The notes beneath the pieces were generated by a model. The model was not told where the DNA came from and made no database searches. It was given only the letters and a program-made list of their open reading frames with translations. Both the position numbers and the translations under genes were made by a program. Below are positions 1 through 7,762 of a stretch of DNA of 64,000 nt, piece by piece. How positions within the stretch are numbered: the stretch's first letter is position 1; every line of letters starts with the position of its first letter. The DNA comes from a virus, in the IMG/VR virus record IMGVR_UViG_3300021963_000084, positions 1-64,000 of that record, one strand, 5' to 3'.

Positions 1-2
1 AA

Positions 3-575
3 ATGACTGAAAGACTAAATCATAAACTTAATGTAGATGCAATCAAAACAGTTAAAGATGTGAAGAATGTCTTTTATACTATGGAGTTGGTTGCTTCTAT
101 GGATGAAGATAATCCAATATATGAAGTCGCAAAGGAATACTTTACCATTCCTTATGTTGCACCTGAACTTAAATTCTCAACACCACGCAAGAGTATTGAA
201 GAAATCCAACAAGAGTTTGATGAGAAGATTGATGCTCTCATAAAGACAACAAAAGAAAAGTTTGAGTGTTCTAACTATTTTGCTGGAAAAAGATACAATC
301 AAAAGTTTGATAAGATTAATGAGAACTTTAATTATGCGAAGGAGCACGGACAGTTTCCACTAAAACTTACTCTTGATTACTCCCAGTTTGTTGCGACTGG
401 TTGTTCTGCGGAAAGTTCTCTTGTAATCAAACAGGGGAAAAACCACGAAGGTTATTATACAAATGGAAACCGTAGGTATTTGAGGTATTATATGCCTGAT
501 AAACCGAATGCGATTGTGAGGTTCTTTATGAAAACTTGTCTTGGTTTTTATTGGATTGATGAGAAGGACGGATGA
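3..575 (+). CDS. hypothetical phage protein (early region)
   Basis: 190-aa ORF; its stop overlaps the next start (ATGA); no recognised domain. Confidence 0.8.
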   Translation: MTERLNHKLNVDAIKTVKDVKNVFYTMELVASMDEDNPIYEVAKEYFTIPYVAPELKFSTPRKSIEEIQQEFDEKIDALIKTTKEKFECSNYFAGKRYNQKFDKINENFNYAKEHGQFPLKLTLDYSQFVATGCSAESSLVIKQGKNHEGYYTNGNRRYLRYYMPDKPNAIVRFFMKTCLGFYWIDEKDG

Positions 576-757
576 GATACTACGAAACCAGAACTTACGA
601 GCACCAGTGCGACTTTGATGCTAAAAATAGAGCAGAAAAAGCATCACAAGATTACTACAAAAAGTGGATAAATCTTCGTAAAGAAGTAAGAGAACTGGTG
701 AGAACTCAAAACATTTCTATTACACCTGAATTTGCTAAACTGATTGGAATGAAATGA
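572..757 (+). CDS. hypothetical protein
   Basis: 61-aa ORF with ATGA overlaps at both ends. Confidence 0.75.
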   Translation: MRYYETRTYEHQCDFDAKNRAEKASQDYYKKWINLRKEVRELVRTQNISITPEFAKLIGMK

Positions 758-1035
758 CTAATCCACTCCTACAAAAATACGAAGAACTCTACGGAAAGAA
801 GGAAGAACCAAAACCACAAAAGACACACACAGAAAAACTGAAAGAACTTCGGGATACTTCTACTATTCCAATCACAAAACTCACAACTCACGATATTGAT
901 AGTATTAACGATAGTTTCTTACAGATTGCTGAAAAGGTAAAAAACAAAGAGGCACAAGTAACTTCTATGAATATGGATTATGAACATCAAACTCGCACAC
1001 AAAGAATTACTTTTGAGGTTTTGACCAATTTTTGA
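754..1035 (+). CDS. hypothetical protein
   Basis: 93-aa ORF; stop codon lies inside dyad copy 1. Confidence 0.75.
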   Translation: MTNPLLQKYEELYGKKEEPKPQKTHTEKLKELRDTSTIPITKLTTHDIDSINDSFLQIAEKVKNKEAQVTSMNMDYEHQTRTQRITFEVLTNF

Positions 1036-1101
1036 ACTGGCACAGGGAGACCCCACAAGGTCTCCTATTGGTCTATAATACTCTTATAAGCAACCAAACC
1101 G
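1022..1101 (+). promoter_or_regulatory. cassette element 1: dyad + hairpin + -10 + leader
   Basis: TGACCAATT-tttg-AACTGGCAC (1022-1043), hairpin GGAGACC/GGTCTCC, TATAAT 1074-1079, leader ...CAACCAAACCG before ATG. Confidence 0.8.
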
Positions 1102-1428
1102 ATGATTGACCTCTCTCAACTGACCGAAGACCAAATCAACGAACTTCAACTCCAAATCCAAAAACATAAGGAAGAACAAAAACACAAAGATAATCTAAAA
1201 AATCTAAAAGGTTATAAAGTGACCTTTTATGTGAGGTTTGACCCTGAAAAGCATAAGAATGATATGCTTACGAATGATGGAAACCTTGATGAAGGACTTT
1301 TTACTGACTATTTGTGTGATAATCTTGTTACAGACCTGATTGAGGATTTGGGATTGTGTGGTTATGAGGATGTTAGTTATCCTAATGTGGAAGTAGCAAC
1401 CCAAAAAGATATTGAAGAGAAGTTTTGA
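1102..1428 (+). CDS. hypothetical protein
   Basis: 108-aa ORF directly after element 1. Confidence 0.8.
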   Translation: MIDLSQLTEDQINELQLQIQKHKEEQKHKDNLKNLKGYKVTFYVRFDPEKHKNDMLTNDGNLDEGLFTDYLCDNLVTDLIEDLGLCGYEDVSYPNVEVATQKDIEEKF

Positions 1429-1507
1429 GGACACCTGAAGAACTGGCACAGAGGCACTCCAAATGCCCCTGTGATGCCTTATAATACTCTCATAAGCAAC
1501 CAAACCG
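1428..1507 (+). promoter_or_regulatory. cassette element 2
   Basis: AGGACACCT-gaag-AACTGGCAC (1428-1449), TATAAT 1480-1485, leader nearly identical to element 1. Confidence 0.8.
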
Positions 1508-1699
1508 ATGACTGAAGAACAAATCCTACAACTTGCTGAAAATCACCTAACTCTTGAAAAGTGGGAGGACATTTGTTGGAAGGCAGATACTTTACAACTC
1601 TTAAAGTTTGCCCGAGAACTTTGTGATAAGTGCAAATGGGAAGGATATTATGAAGGTTATGAGATGTGTTCTATTGATATGGGAGATGAGAATGTATGA
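1508..1699 (+). CDS. hypothetical protein
   Basis: 63-aa ORF after element 2; first gene of a translationally coupled run. Confidence 0.75.
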   Translation: MTEEQILQLAENHLTLEKWEDICWKADTLQLLKFARELCDKCKWEGYYEGYEMCSIDMGDENV

Positions 1700-1935
1700 C
1701 TAAACTTTCTACACAAACACAAGCAATCATAGATGCTGCTGATGAAGTATTTTCTCACGGAGGAACAATTAGAGAGGGTTTTGCTGCTGCTCTTCGTGTT
1801 CTTGCTGATAATGTTGCCCCTGAAAATTATGCCTGTTTTTCGGGGCATAGAGAGTGGGATGAAGCACTTGAAACAAGAAATGAAAGTATTCGTGAGGCAA
1901 TTTTAGATATTGCTACTGAATTGGAGGCAATCTGA
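1696..1935 (+). CDS. hypothetical protein (probable paralogue of 2146-2358)
   Basis: 79 aa; shares an AxALRxL...xAILDxxxELE pattern with 2146-2358. Confidence 0.75.
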   Translation: MTKLSTQTQAIIDAADEVFSHGGTIREGFAAALRVLADNVAPENYACFSGHREWDEALETRNESIREAILDIATELEAI

Positions 1936-2153
1936 TGACTGACGAACAAAAACTCACACATCTCCTCAAAGTTCTCAAAAATTACGCAGAACAACCAACT
2001 TGTTATAATCTAAATCCTGATTATGAATACCCACACCACAGTTGGGATATTTTTGAAGATGGTTCTGATTATGGTGAGATTACCTTTGCCCGCACACTTT
2101 TAGAACAGATTGGTGTAGAGTTTAAGTATCCTTGTATGGAGGAAAATGACTAA
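1935..2153 (+). CDS. hypothetical protein
   Basis: 72-aa ORF; TGATG overlap with the previous gene. Confidence 0.75.
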   Translation: MTDEQKLTHLLKVLKNYAEQPTCYNLNPDYEYPHHSWDIFEDGSDYGEITFARTLLEQIGVEFKYPCMEEND

Positions 2154-2358
2154 CAAAAAAGAAGTAGCACAAAAAGTTTTTGAAGCCTTCTGGAAGAATG
2201 AACCACATCCGTGTAATGTTGATGGGTATGAGATTGCTAATGCTCTCCGTGAGTTAGTAGCAGAACTCCAATACTATCAATTTAAAGAGGATGTAGAGGA
2301 TATGGTGCTTGATGCCCGTGCTATACTTGATGTATGTGATGAGTTGGAGAACCTATGA
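2146..2358 (+). CDS. hypothetical protein (probable paralogue of 1696-1935)
   Basis: 70 aa; IANALREL...RAILDVCDELE. Confidence 0.75.
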   Translation: MTNKKEVAQKVFEAFWKNEPHPCNVDGYEIANALRELVAELQYYQFKEDVEDMVLDARAILDVCDELENL

Positions 2359-2531
2359 CTGAAACCAAATACCTAGTCAGTTGGAAATCAGACACTCAAC
2401 GCACTCGTAAAGAAGCATATTTTGATACTCTTTGGGGTGCTGAAACGTGGTATAATGAGAAACTCACAGAGGGTAGGAAACCAAAACTCTGGCAGGAAGA
2501 AACCACCACGATTTTGAGGAAACTGAAATGA
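2355..2531 (+). CDS. hypothetical protein (58 aa, below ORF-track cutoff)
   Basis: Translated by hand: MTETKYLVSWKS...ILRKLK; ATGA overlaps at both ends. Confidence 0.7.
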   Translation: MTETKYLVSWKSDTQRTRKEAYFDTLWGAETWYNEKLTEGRKPKLWQEETTTILRKLK

Positions 2532-2938
2532 CTGCTTGTAAATACTATGATTGTGGTTGGTGTTATGCTCCTGATGATGTAGAAACATCTGCCAGTTCTC
2601 AAAGTGCCTGTTTTGACTATGATTTTTGTCCTTATTTGAAATCACAAATGACTAAAGAAATTGACATCTCAAAAGTTCTCATAGAAGGAGACACCGCAAC
2701 CATTATGGGTGTGAAGTATAAGAGAGTAGAATCAGAAACAAAAACTCTTCGTGATGTGATTTATGATTGGTGGGATGATGTTTTTACGGAACAAACCTCT
2801 ATCAATGATTTGATTGATCGTATTGAAGCGTGGTTACCTAAAGAACAATCCGCACAAGGATCACAGAATGTCTATGTTGAATGTTCTGTAGAAGGTTTCA
2901 ACGATTGCCTCAACAAAATTAAACAAAATTTACGATGA
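2528..2938 (+). CDS. hypothetical protein with Cys-rich N-terminus
   Basis: 136 aa; CKYYDCGWC...C...C cluster followed by an internal Met at residue 41. Confidence 0.75.
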   Translation: MTACKYYDCGWCYAPDDVETSASSQSACFDYDFCPYLKSQMTKEIDISKVLIEGDTATIMGVKYKRVESETKTLRDVIYDWWDDVFTEQTSINDLIDRIEAWLPKEQSAQGSQNVYVECSVEGFNDCLNKIKQNLR

Positions 2939-3120
2939 CCCGATTTATTAAGAATCCTGATGAGATTGTCCTAGAGGACGTTCGTATGCTACACTATGAG
3001 ACGATGGAAGAGGGACGTGCCGTGTGGTTGGGAATCTATCTCAACAACGGTAAAATCTATCACCTTAACATCGGTGGTGACAATCTTTATGTGAACTATT
3101 CTGATGAATCAAATGACTAA
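2935..3120 (+). CDS. hypothetical protein
   Basis: 61-aa ORF; ATGA overlap. Confidence 0.7.
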   Translation: MTRFIKNPDEIVLEDVRMLHYETMEEGRAVWLGIYLNNGKIYHLNIGGDNLYVNYSDESND

Positions 3121-3430
3121 TCCACTGAAACTAAATGAAGATGCTCCCGCATTTTCTTATACACCTGCGGAACTATTCAACGTGATTATGTGCATCATCG
3201 CACATCCAAATCCAACACTCACGGAGCACGATAAAGCTCGTGCTATGGCAGTATTTCTGACCTTCGCAGATTACCTTGATAATTATACTGAGAGTGACAA
3301 CAACTTCGGTCATATCATCTACGAATCGGATTCTACCGATTTTGAGGGATATGTGCTACAATTACTAGGTAAGAAACCGCTGGATTTCTTCAAACCTGAC
3401 GTTGAAAAGATTCTCGATAGAATGAAATGA
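3113..3430 (+). CDS. hypothetical protein
   Basis: ORF track gives 3104-3430; second Met (MTNPLK) preferred as start. Confidence 0.7.
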   Translation: MTNPLKLNEDAPAFSYTPAELFNVIMCIIAHPNPTLTEHDKARAMAVFLTFADYLDNYTESDNNFGHIIYESDSTDFEGYVLQLLGKKPLDFFKPDVEKILDRMK

Positions 3431-3657
3431 ACAAGTTTGAATACACTCGTGCTGTTATTCTGGGTGCTGTCCTAGGTATGTCATCACTCTCTCTGGTGTA
3501 TATGATCAACGTAGCACTGGACACACAACCGAAAGAACCACCAAAACCACAATCTAATTTTGAAGTGGTGGATCATTATAAGGACTGTGATCTTCTACGC
3601 TGGTCTTATCGTCAACTCTCTGAATACAAATACGTTCTTCATTGCCCAAACAAATGA
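3427..3657 (+). CDS. small membrane-anchored protein
   Basis: Hydrophobic AVILGAVLGMSSLSLVYMI segment followed by a CDLL...HC domain. Confidence 0.7.
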   Translation: MNKFEYTRAVILGAVLGMSSLSLVYMINVALDTQPKEPPKPQSNFEVVDHYKDCDLLRWSYRQLSEYKYVLHCPNK

Positions 3658-3935
3658 AACTCCTAGATTACGAAACCTATGAGGATTATGGTAAGGAATG
3701 GTTTATTCAAGTCCTCAGATTTAAAAAGTTTGCCCTACTTGACCTGACAGTTCAATGGGATGAATATCCTGCAACCGAACTCTTTCCTTATATCATTCTC
3801 AGTGTCGGTGCTCATCATTTGTTAGGATTTACATTCAGATGGAAAGCATTTGAGATGAGTTGTGATATAATTGATGTAGCACCACGCAATCTAGAATGGT
3901 ATCGTAATCACGGAAAGTATGATGACATCGACTGA
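3654..3935 (+). CDS. hypothetical protein
   Basis: MKLLDYETYEDYG...; start overlaps the previous stop. Confidence 0.7.
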   Translation: MKLLDYETYEDYGKEWFIQVLRFKKFALLDLTVQWDEYPATELFPYIILSVGAHHLLGFTFRWKAFEMSCDIIDVAPRNLEWYRNHGKYDDID

Positions 3936-4113
3936 AACATTTACACAAACATCTCACGAACCTTATATCAGACATCATTATCGTCTGACAACAACTGAAG
4001 GGCAAGTCTATCAATTTGATAATTATGCTGATCTGATGCACCAATGGTTAGCACTTCCGAATACAATGGAGAGCATTATAGAGGTGATTGATGTGAAGAA
4101 AGGGTTTAAGTAA
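3919..4113 (+). CDS. hypothetical protein
   Basis: 64-aa ORF. Confidence 0.7.
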   Translation: MMTSTETFTQTSHEPYIRHHYRLTTTEGQVYQFDNYADLMHQWLALPNTMESIIEVIDVKKGFK

Positions 4114-4479
4114 ATGATTAACAACGGAAATGGTGAAACACTAGAACATCGTATGACCTATGATGATCTTATAAAAGGATTGAACTATGATCGTGATTCT
4201 GTTATTAGTGAATTGACACAGAGTAGAATTGACACAGAGATTCAATACAATGGATTAATTGAAGCACTTCATAGAATGTGTAAGTACAATGACATTGAAG
4301 TTGAACCTGAATTCTTTCTACAGGATGAACAAGTATTATATAATGAGTATTATGATGCTGTTAAAGGTTGGTATGAATCAAAGACCAATGAAGAAATTGT
4401 AGAGTTTTATCGTGTACACGAACCTTATGTGTTTGGTATGATCGATTCTCTGCAGGCATTATTTGATAAATCACCCTAA
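4114..4479 (+). CDS. hypothetical acidic protein
   Basis: 121-aa ORF; last gene before the non-coding block. Confidence 0.75.
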   Translation: MINNGNGETLEHRMTYDDLIKGLNYDRDSVISELTQSRIDTEIQYNGLIEALHRMCKYNDIEVEPEFFLQDEQVLYNEYYDAVKGWYESKTNEEIVEFYRVHEPYVFGMIDSLQALFDKSP

Positions 4480-4518
4480 TTAACGTATCAATTAAATGTT
4501 ATTTTAAATATAGTTGAG

Positions 4519-4552
4519 TTTTCCACACCCCTGTGGAAAAACCTGTGGAAAA
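4519..4552. promoter_or_regulatory. three TTTTCCACA (cyanobacterial DnaA-box-like) motifs
   Basis: TTTTCCACA at 4519-4527 (+); TGTGGAAAA at 4532-4540 and 4544-4552 (- strand copies). Confidence 0.55.
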
Positions 4553-4644
4553 CTATGATAATGGAGGATCTTATAGTCATCTAAGCCCGCAGTGTACCGA
4601 TTTGTCAAGCGATTGTATAAAATCTTCACAAAACCTCCACCCCC

Positions 4645-4673
4645 TTGACAAAACTCTCAAATGCCCCTATAAT
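4645..4673 (+). promoter_or_regulatory. sigma70-type early promoter
   Basis: TTGACA-N17-TATAAT, perfect consensus. Confidence 0.9.
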
Positions 4674-4736
4674 GAACTCTGTGAGGGTTCAAAGGAACAA
4701 TAAGGTCCTCTGATACCCTCCGATACCAGAAACCCC

Positions 4737-4765
4737 TTGACAACCCTCATAATGCCCTCTATAAT
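4737..4765 (+). promoter_or_regulatory. sigma70-type early promoter (tandem duplicate)
   Basis: TTGACA-N17-TATAAT; flanks CCCCTTGACA...ATGCC..TATAATGA match the 4645 copy. Confidence 0.9.
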
Positions 4766-4789
4766 GATTCTGTTCGGTTCTGAGAAACT

Positions 4790-4947
4790 CTTATGATTTG
4801 AGAAAATCTTAAAAATCTCAGAAATCTTAAATCTGTGGTTTTTATAAAAATCTCAAAAACTTTAAAATTAAGATTTTAATGAATTCTATAATTCTATGAA
4901 TATCTTATAAGTTATAATTATAAGATACTTATAGAGTTATTATATAA
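4790..4947. repeat. AT-rich block with AAATCT(T/C)A iterations and palindromes
   Basis: Several AAATCTTAAA/AAATCTCA units; palindrome TATCTTATAA...TTATAAGATA; homologous to 6719-6870. Confidence 0.7.
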
Positions 4948-5030
4948 GGGACTATGGTGAAATTGGTAAACACAACAGACTTAAAATCTGTCGGATCTTA
5001 TCCTTGTCGGTTCAAGTCCGACTAGTCCTA
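4948..5030 (+). tRNA. trnL-UAA: tRNA-Leu (anticodon UAA), intron-less, CCA not encoded
   Basis: Acceptor stem GGGACTA/TAGTCCT, D loop with TGGTA, anticodon arm ACAGA-CTTAAAA-TCTGT, long variable arm, T arm GTCGG-TTCAAGT-CCGAC, discriminator A. Confidence 0.95.
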
Positions 5031-5032
5031 TT

Positions 5033-5112
5033 GTGACAGTCTTTGAACTGTCACAGAGTACTTGACTTCTAAATACAAGTGCTTTATAGTTAACAAGTAA
5101 ACAAACGATTCA
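5033..5112 (+). promoter_or_regulatory. cassette element 3 (most symmetric dyad; abuts the tRNA 3' end)
   Basis: TGTGACAGT-ctttga-ACTGTCACA (5032-5055); TTGACT 5062-5067, N17, TATAGT 5085-5090. Confidence 0.85.
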
Positions 5113-5271
5113 ATGTCTTCAACCAAATTTGAATACTATCTAGAGACTGCTGAAGGACTTACTCAAGAAGGGTATGTTACAGCAAATAACCATCAGAATG
5201 CTATCAAAAAAGTAAAAAAAGAGAATAAGAAATTCAAAATTACTTATTTGGACGTTCAACCTCTGTACTGA
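5113..5271 (+). CDS. hypothetical protein (52 aa)
   Basis: Hand translation MSSTKFEYYLETAEG...VQPLY; starts 22 nt after the -10 box. Confidence 0.7.
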   Translation: MSSTKFEYYLETAEGLTQEGYVTANNHQNAIKKVKKENKKFKITYLDVQPLY

Positions 5272-5272
5272 T

Positions 5273-5404
5273 ATGGACAAGGAATTCTACAATCTCACCG
5301 AAGAAGCATATAAAATCCTCTGTGAAGAAGGGGATGTGCTTGATGTTTTGGATGAAATCGAGTATGATGATTATGAATTCACTGGAGACTTTGACTATGA
5401 TTGA
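5273..5404 (+). CDS. very acidic 43-aa peptide
   Basis: MDKEFYNLTEEAYKILCEEGDVLDVLDEIEYDDYEFTGDFDYD. Confidence 0.6.
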   Translation: MDKEFYNLTEEAYKILCEEGDVLDVLDEIEYDDYEFTGDFDYD

Positions 5405-5633
5405 CACTTACGTTGTTGTTGAAGGTGTTGCTTACTGGGAAAAGGATAGCAACTATTATACCACATCAGTAAATGCTGACAACACTATTGACTGGAAGAA
5501 TGCTACAAAGATTGATATTAAATCCTCTGACGGACCTGATATCGGCACTGTACATTCAATCTATGATACACTACAGTTCATCAAATCATCACAACGACGA
5601 CTACTTAATGAAACCCGAAAACTTTCTGTCTGA
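5397..5633 (+). CDS. hypothetical protein
   Basis: MIDTYVVVEGVAYWEKD...; internal start of track ORF 5322-5633. Confidence 0.7.
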   Translation: MIDTYVVVEGVAYWEKDSNYYTTSVNADNTIDWKNATKIDIKSSDGPDIGTVHSIYDTLQFIKSSQRRLLNETRKLSV

Positions 5634-5751
5634 CAGTACTTTAGACCTGCTCAGTGATAAAGCAGATGCTGAAGCATTTGCTATGGATATCGAGCAGAAA
5701 GCAGCAGCATTAGAAATCACAGTTGATTACTATATGCAAGAGTTTATGTGA
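5608..5751 (+). CDS. cyanophage-type small hypothetical protein
   Basis: ...IEQKAAALEITVDYYMQEFM; TGA stop lies inside dyad 4. Confidence 0.7.
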   Translation: MKPENFLSDSTLDLLSDKADAEAFAMDIEQKAAALEITVDYYMQEFM

Positions 5752-5830
5752 CAGTTTCTGAACTGTCCACTGATTGCCCCACTGGTCACCCTGGTGGGGT
5801 ATCTTATAAGGGTCGTCAGGAATTCAATCG
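5748..5830 (+). promoter_or_regulatory. cassette element 4
   Basis: GTGACAGTT-tctg-AACTGTCCA (5748-5769), CCCCAC/GTGGGG hairpin, TATCTT 5800-5805. Confidence 0.75.
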
Positions 5831-6004
5831 ATGAATTACTTCAACACCAACATCATTAAGAATCACGATGACCACCTGTACCTGAACAACAGTATGGCAG
5901 AGTGTTATGATTTCTGCCTGAGTGTTGCTGAACAGTTTGATAATATTGCCGATCAGGCATGGTGGTATGATCAGAAACAAGGTCATATCTGCTACGACGT
6001 ATGA
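5831..6004 (+). CDS. hypothetical protein (57 aa)
   Basis: Hand translation MNYFNTNIIK...GHICYDV. Confidence 0.65.
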   Translation: MNYFNTNIIKNHDDHLYLNNSMAECYDFCLSVAEQFDNIADQAWWYDQKQGHICYDV

Positions 6005-6063
6005 TGAATGGGAATGTGTTTGCCCTAAAGTTACACACAATGCCCTCTGATTTTTATTTTAAA

Positions 6064-6318
6064 ATGACCGTGACTTCTCCTATTGCTCGTATGATCACTG
6101 CTGAAGAATCGAGTGCAATTGCATTCGTTAAGGTGGAAGATCTGAACGTGACTGTTGCTTATCAGTCGAATCCTGATACTCAGTATACCTACACTGCTGA
6201 TGCTGAATTTGCACAGCAACTTGTGCAAGTGCTGGAGGCAGAGGATCTGGCAGGCATTTCTCTGGGTGGTATGATTACCGATGCCCGCCGTGTGGGGGAC
6301 CTGCAGCAGACGGTCTGA
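6064..6318 (+). CDS. KTSC-like domain protein
   Basis: SSAIAFV...VTVAYQSNP..QYTY...SLGGMI resembles the KTSC pattern SSxI...LxVxF...YxY...SxG. Confidence 0.55.
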   Translation: MTVTSPIARMITAEESSAIAFVKVEDLNVTVAYQSNPDTQYTYTADAEFAQQLVQVLEAEDLAGISLGGMITDARRVGDLQQTV

Positions 6319-6393
6319 GAAGTGTCACAAGGGGGGTTGCAATGCCCCCCACCCCCCTGGTATATTACATTTGTTCCTGAGGGATTCACCCCC
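6307..6393 (+). promoter_or_regulatory. cassette element 5
   Basis: CAGACGGTC-tgag-AAGTGTCAC (6307-6328), TTGCAA-N18-TATATT (6337-6366), GGGGG/CCCCC hairpin. Confidence 0.75.
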
Positions 6394-6720
6394 ATGAGAA
6401 AGATCGAACGTCTGATGAATGCTGCCATCACCCGTGAGGTTGATTGGAAGTGCTCTAACACTGAGGTTCGTAATGAGGATGGTGTGAGCAAAGTGTTCCT
6501 GCACGGCAATCTGATTGCTGAGATTGGTGATACTTTCCTCCGTCTCTTTGATGGTGGTTGGCAATCCAACACCACCAAATCCCGTTTGAATGCTATTCTT
6601 CGTGAGCACGGTGCTGGTAGTGAGTGTGTGTTTCAAAAGCAGTGGCAATGGTTCATTACCATGAATACTGACAGGGGTATGGAAACTGTTCCTTTTCGTA
6701 GTTCTATGAAACTGGGGTAA
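6394..6720 (+). CDS. conserved phage hypothetical protein
   Basis: MRKIERLMNAAI...VFLHGNLIAEI...DGGWQSNTTKSRLNAIL; start placed after the cassette leader. Confidence 0.8.
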   Translation: MRKIERLMNAAITREVDWKCSNTEVRNEDGVSKVFLHGNLIAEIGDTFLRLFDGGWQSNTTKSRLNAILREHGAGSECVFQKQWQWFITMNTDRGMETVPFRSSMKLG

Positions 6721-6870
6721 ATCTTAAAATTTGAGATTCTGTAGAAATCTTAAAAACTACAGAATCTCATTTTTTATGAAAATCTTAAAAGTTTAAAAAT
6801 TAAGAATTTCATAAAAACTTTAATATTAATAATACTATAAGAGTATTATAATAATAACTCTTATAGTATA
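6719..6870. repeat. second AT-rich block with AAATCTTAAAA iterations and hairpins
   Basis: Three AAATCTTAAAA units; hairpins TGAGATTCTGTAG/CTACAGAATCTCA and TACTATAAGAGT/ACTCTTATAGTA. Confidence 0.7.
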
Positions 6871-7058
6871 AACAATGTCCTTTGATTTACTAATTGATTA
6901 TGTCTAAGCAAGTAATGATTTCTATGCTGAATCAAGCAAACAATGGTCAAGAATTGCTTACTATTCTTGACAGTCTCACTGTTGAAGATAACAGCAGTGA
7001 GTATAAAGAACCTACTAGTGAGTTTATCGACTTCTGATATCAATTGTCAAGTGTACTA

Positions 7059-7142
7059 GTGACACTTTGACAAGTGGCACAGGGTCAGTTGCAGAGCATT
7101 TGATTCTGTGCCATACTACATTTGTTGAATTGAAAAACACCA
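7059..7142 (+). promoter_or_regulatory. cassette element 6
   Basis: GTGACACTT-tgac-AAGTGGCAC (7059-7080), TTGCAG-N17-CATACT (7089-7117). Confidence 0.8.
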
Positions 7143-7364
7143 ATGATCAAACCTTTCATCAACACTTTGCTGTTCAACATTGCCACCATTGTTGCTATTG
7201 TGGTGGGCATTGTATCTTATACTTATCGTGCTGCCCGAGTTTGGTATAATGAGGGTGGACGTGAGTTTCTAATCAACACCGCTGCTAAGTTTGCTGCTGG
7301 TGTTAACAAACTGTCTGAGCGGGTATACTACACTCTGGAGGATGCAGAGACTGTTACTGTGTGA
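7143..7364 (+). CDS. small membrane protein
   Basis: Transmembrane-like LLFNIATIVAIVVGIVSY; TGA stop inside dyad 7. Confidence 0.75.
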   Translation: MIKPFINTLLFNIATIVAIVVGIVSYTYRAARVWYNEGGREFLINTAAKFAAGVNKLSERVYYTLEDAETVTV

Positions 7365-7441
7365 CAGTTGTAGAGGTGGCATAGTATTCTCCCAAATGAC
7401 AGGATGCTGTGCCTATAATGACTTCAGTTCAATTCACCACG
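7361..7441 (+). promoter_or_regulatory. cassette element 7
   Basis: GTGACAGTT-gtag-AGGTGGCAT (7361-7382), TATAAT 7414-7419. Confidence 0.8.
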
Positions 7442-7585
7442 ATGCAACTAACATTTGAGCAGGTAGATGCCCTGCTGTCACTCATTGAGTTTCACGATGA
7501 TTGGGATGAAGTGAGTGAGCACGTTGGCACAAATGTTGCCGAACTTTATGACATTCTGACTGAACTTCGTGATGAACTTGCTTGA
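7442..7585 (+). CDS. acidic 47-aa peptide
   Basis: Hand translation MQLTFEQVDALLSLIEFHDDWDEV...LRDELA. Confidence 0.7.
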   Translation: MQLTFEQVDALLSLIEFHDDWDEVSEHVGTNVAELYDILTELRDELA

Positions 7586-7586
7586 C

Positions 7587-7760
7587 ATGAATCGCTCTGA
7601 ACTTCAGGATCGAATGGTTCAACAAATGTTGGACGACATGGATCTTAAAACTGTGATGTGCCTATGTTATGATTATCTGATGGAGGGTTACGATAAGTAT
7701 TCAGATGCAGAATTGACTGAAGAGGTTAATCACTACTATCCCGAACTTCTGGAGAATTGA
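7587..7760 (+). CDS. acidic hypothetical protein
   Basis: MNRSELQDRMVQQMLDDMDL...YYPELLEN. Confidence 0.7.
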   Translation: MNRSELQDRMVQQMLDDMDLKTVMCLCYDYLMEGYDKYSDAELTEEVNHYYPELLEN

Positions 7761-7762
7761 TT

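Noticed and set aside
4948-5030. Group I intron in tRNA-Leu(UAA), as in many cyanobacteria
   Set aside because: The anticodon loop is continuous and the gene is 83 nt.
5032-5055. Dyad as a CRP, NtcA or Xer dif site
   Set aside because: TGTGA...TCACA spacing is 14 bp rather than the 6 bp of CRP. It does not fit GTA-N8-TAC or the 11-6-11 dif consensus.
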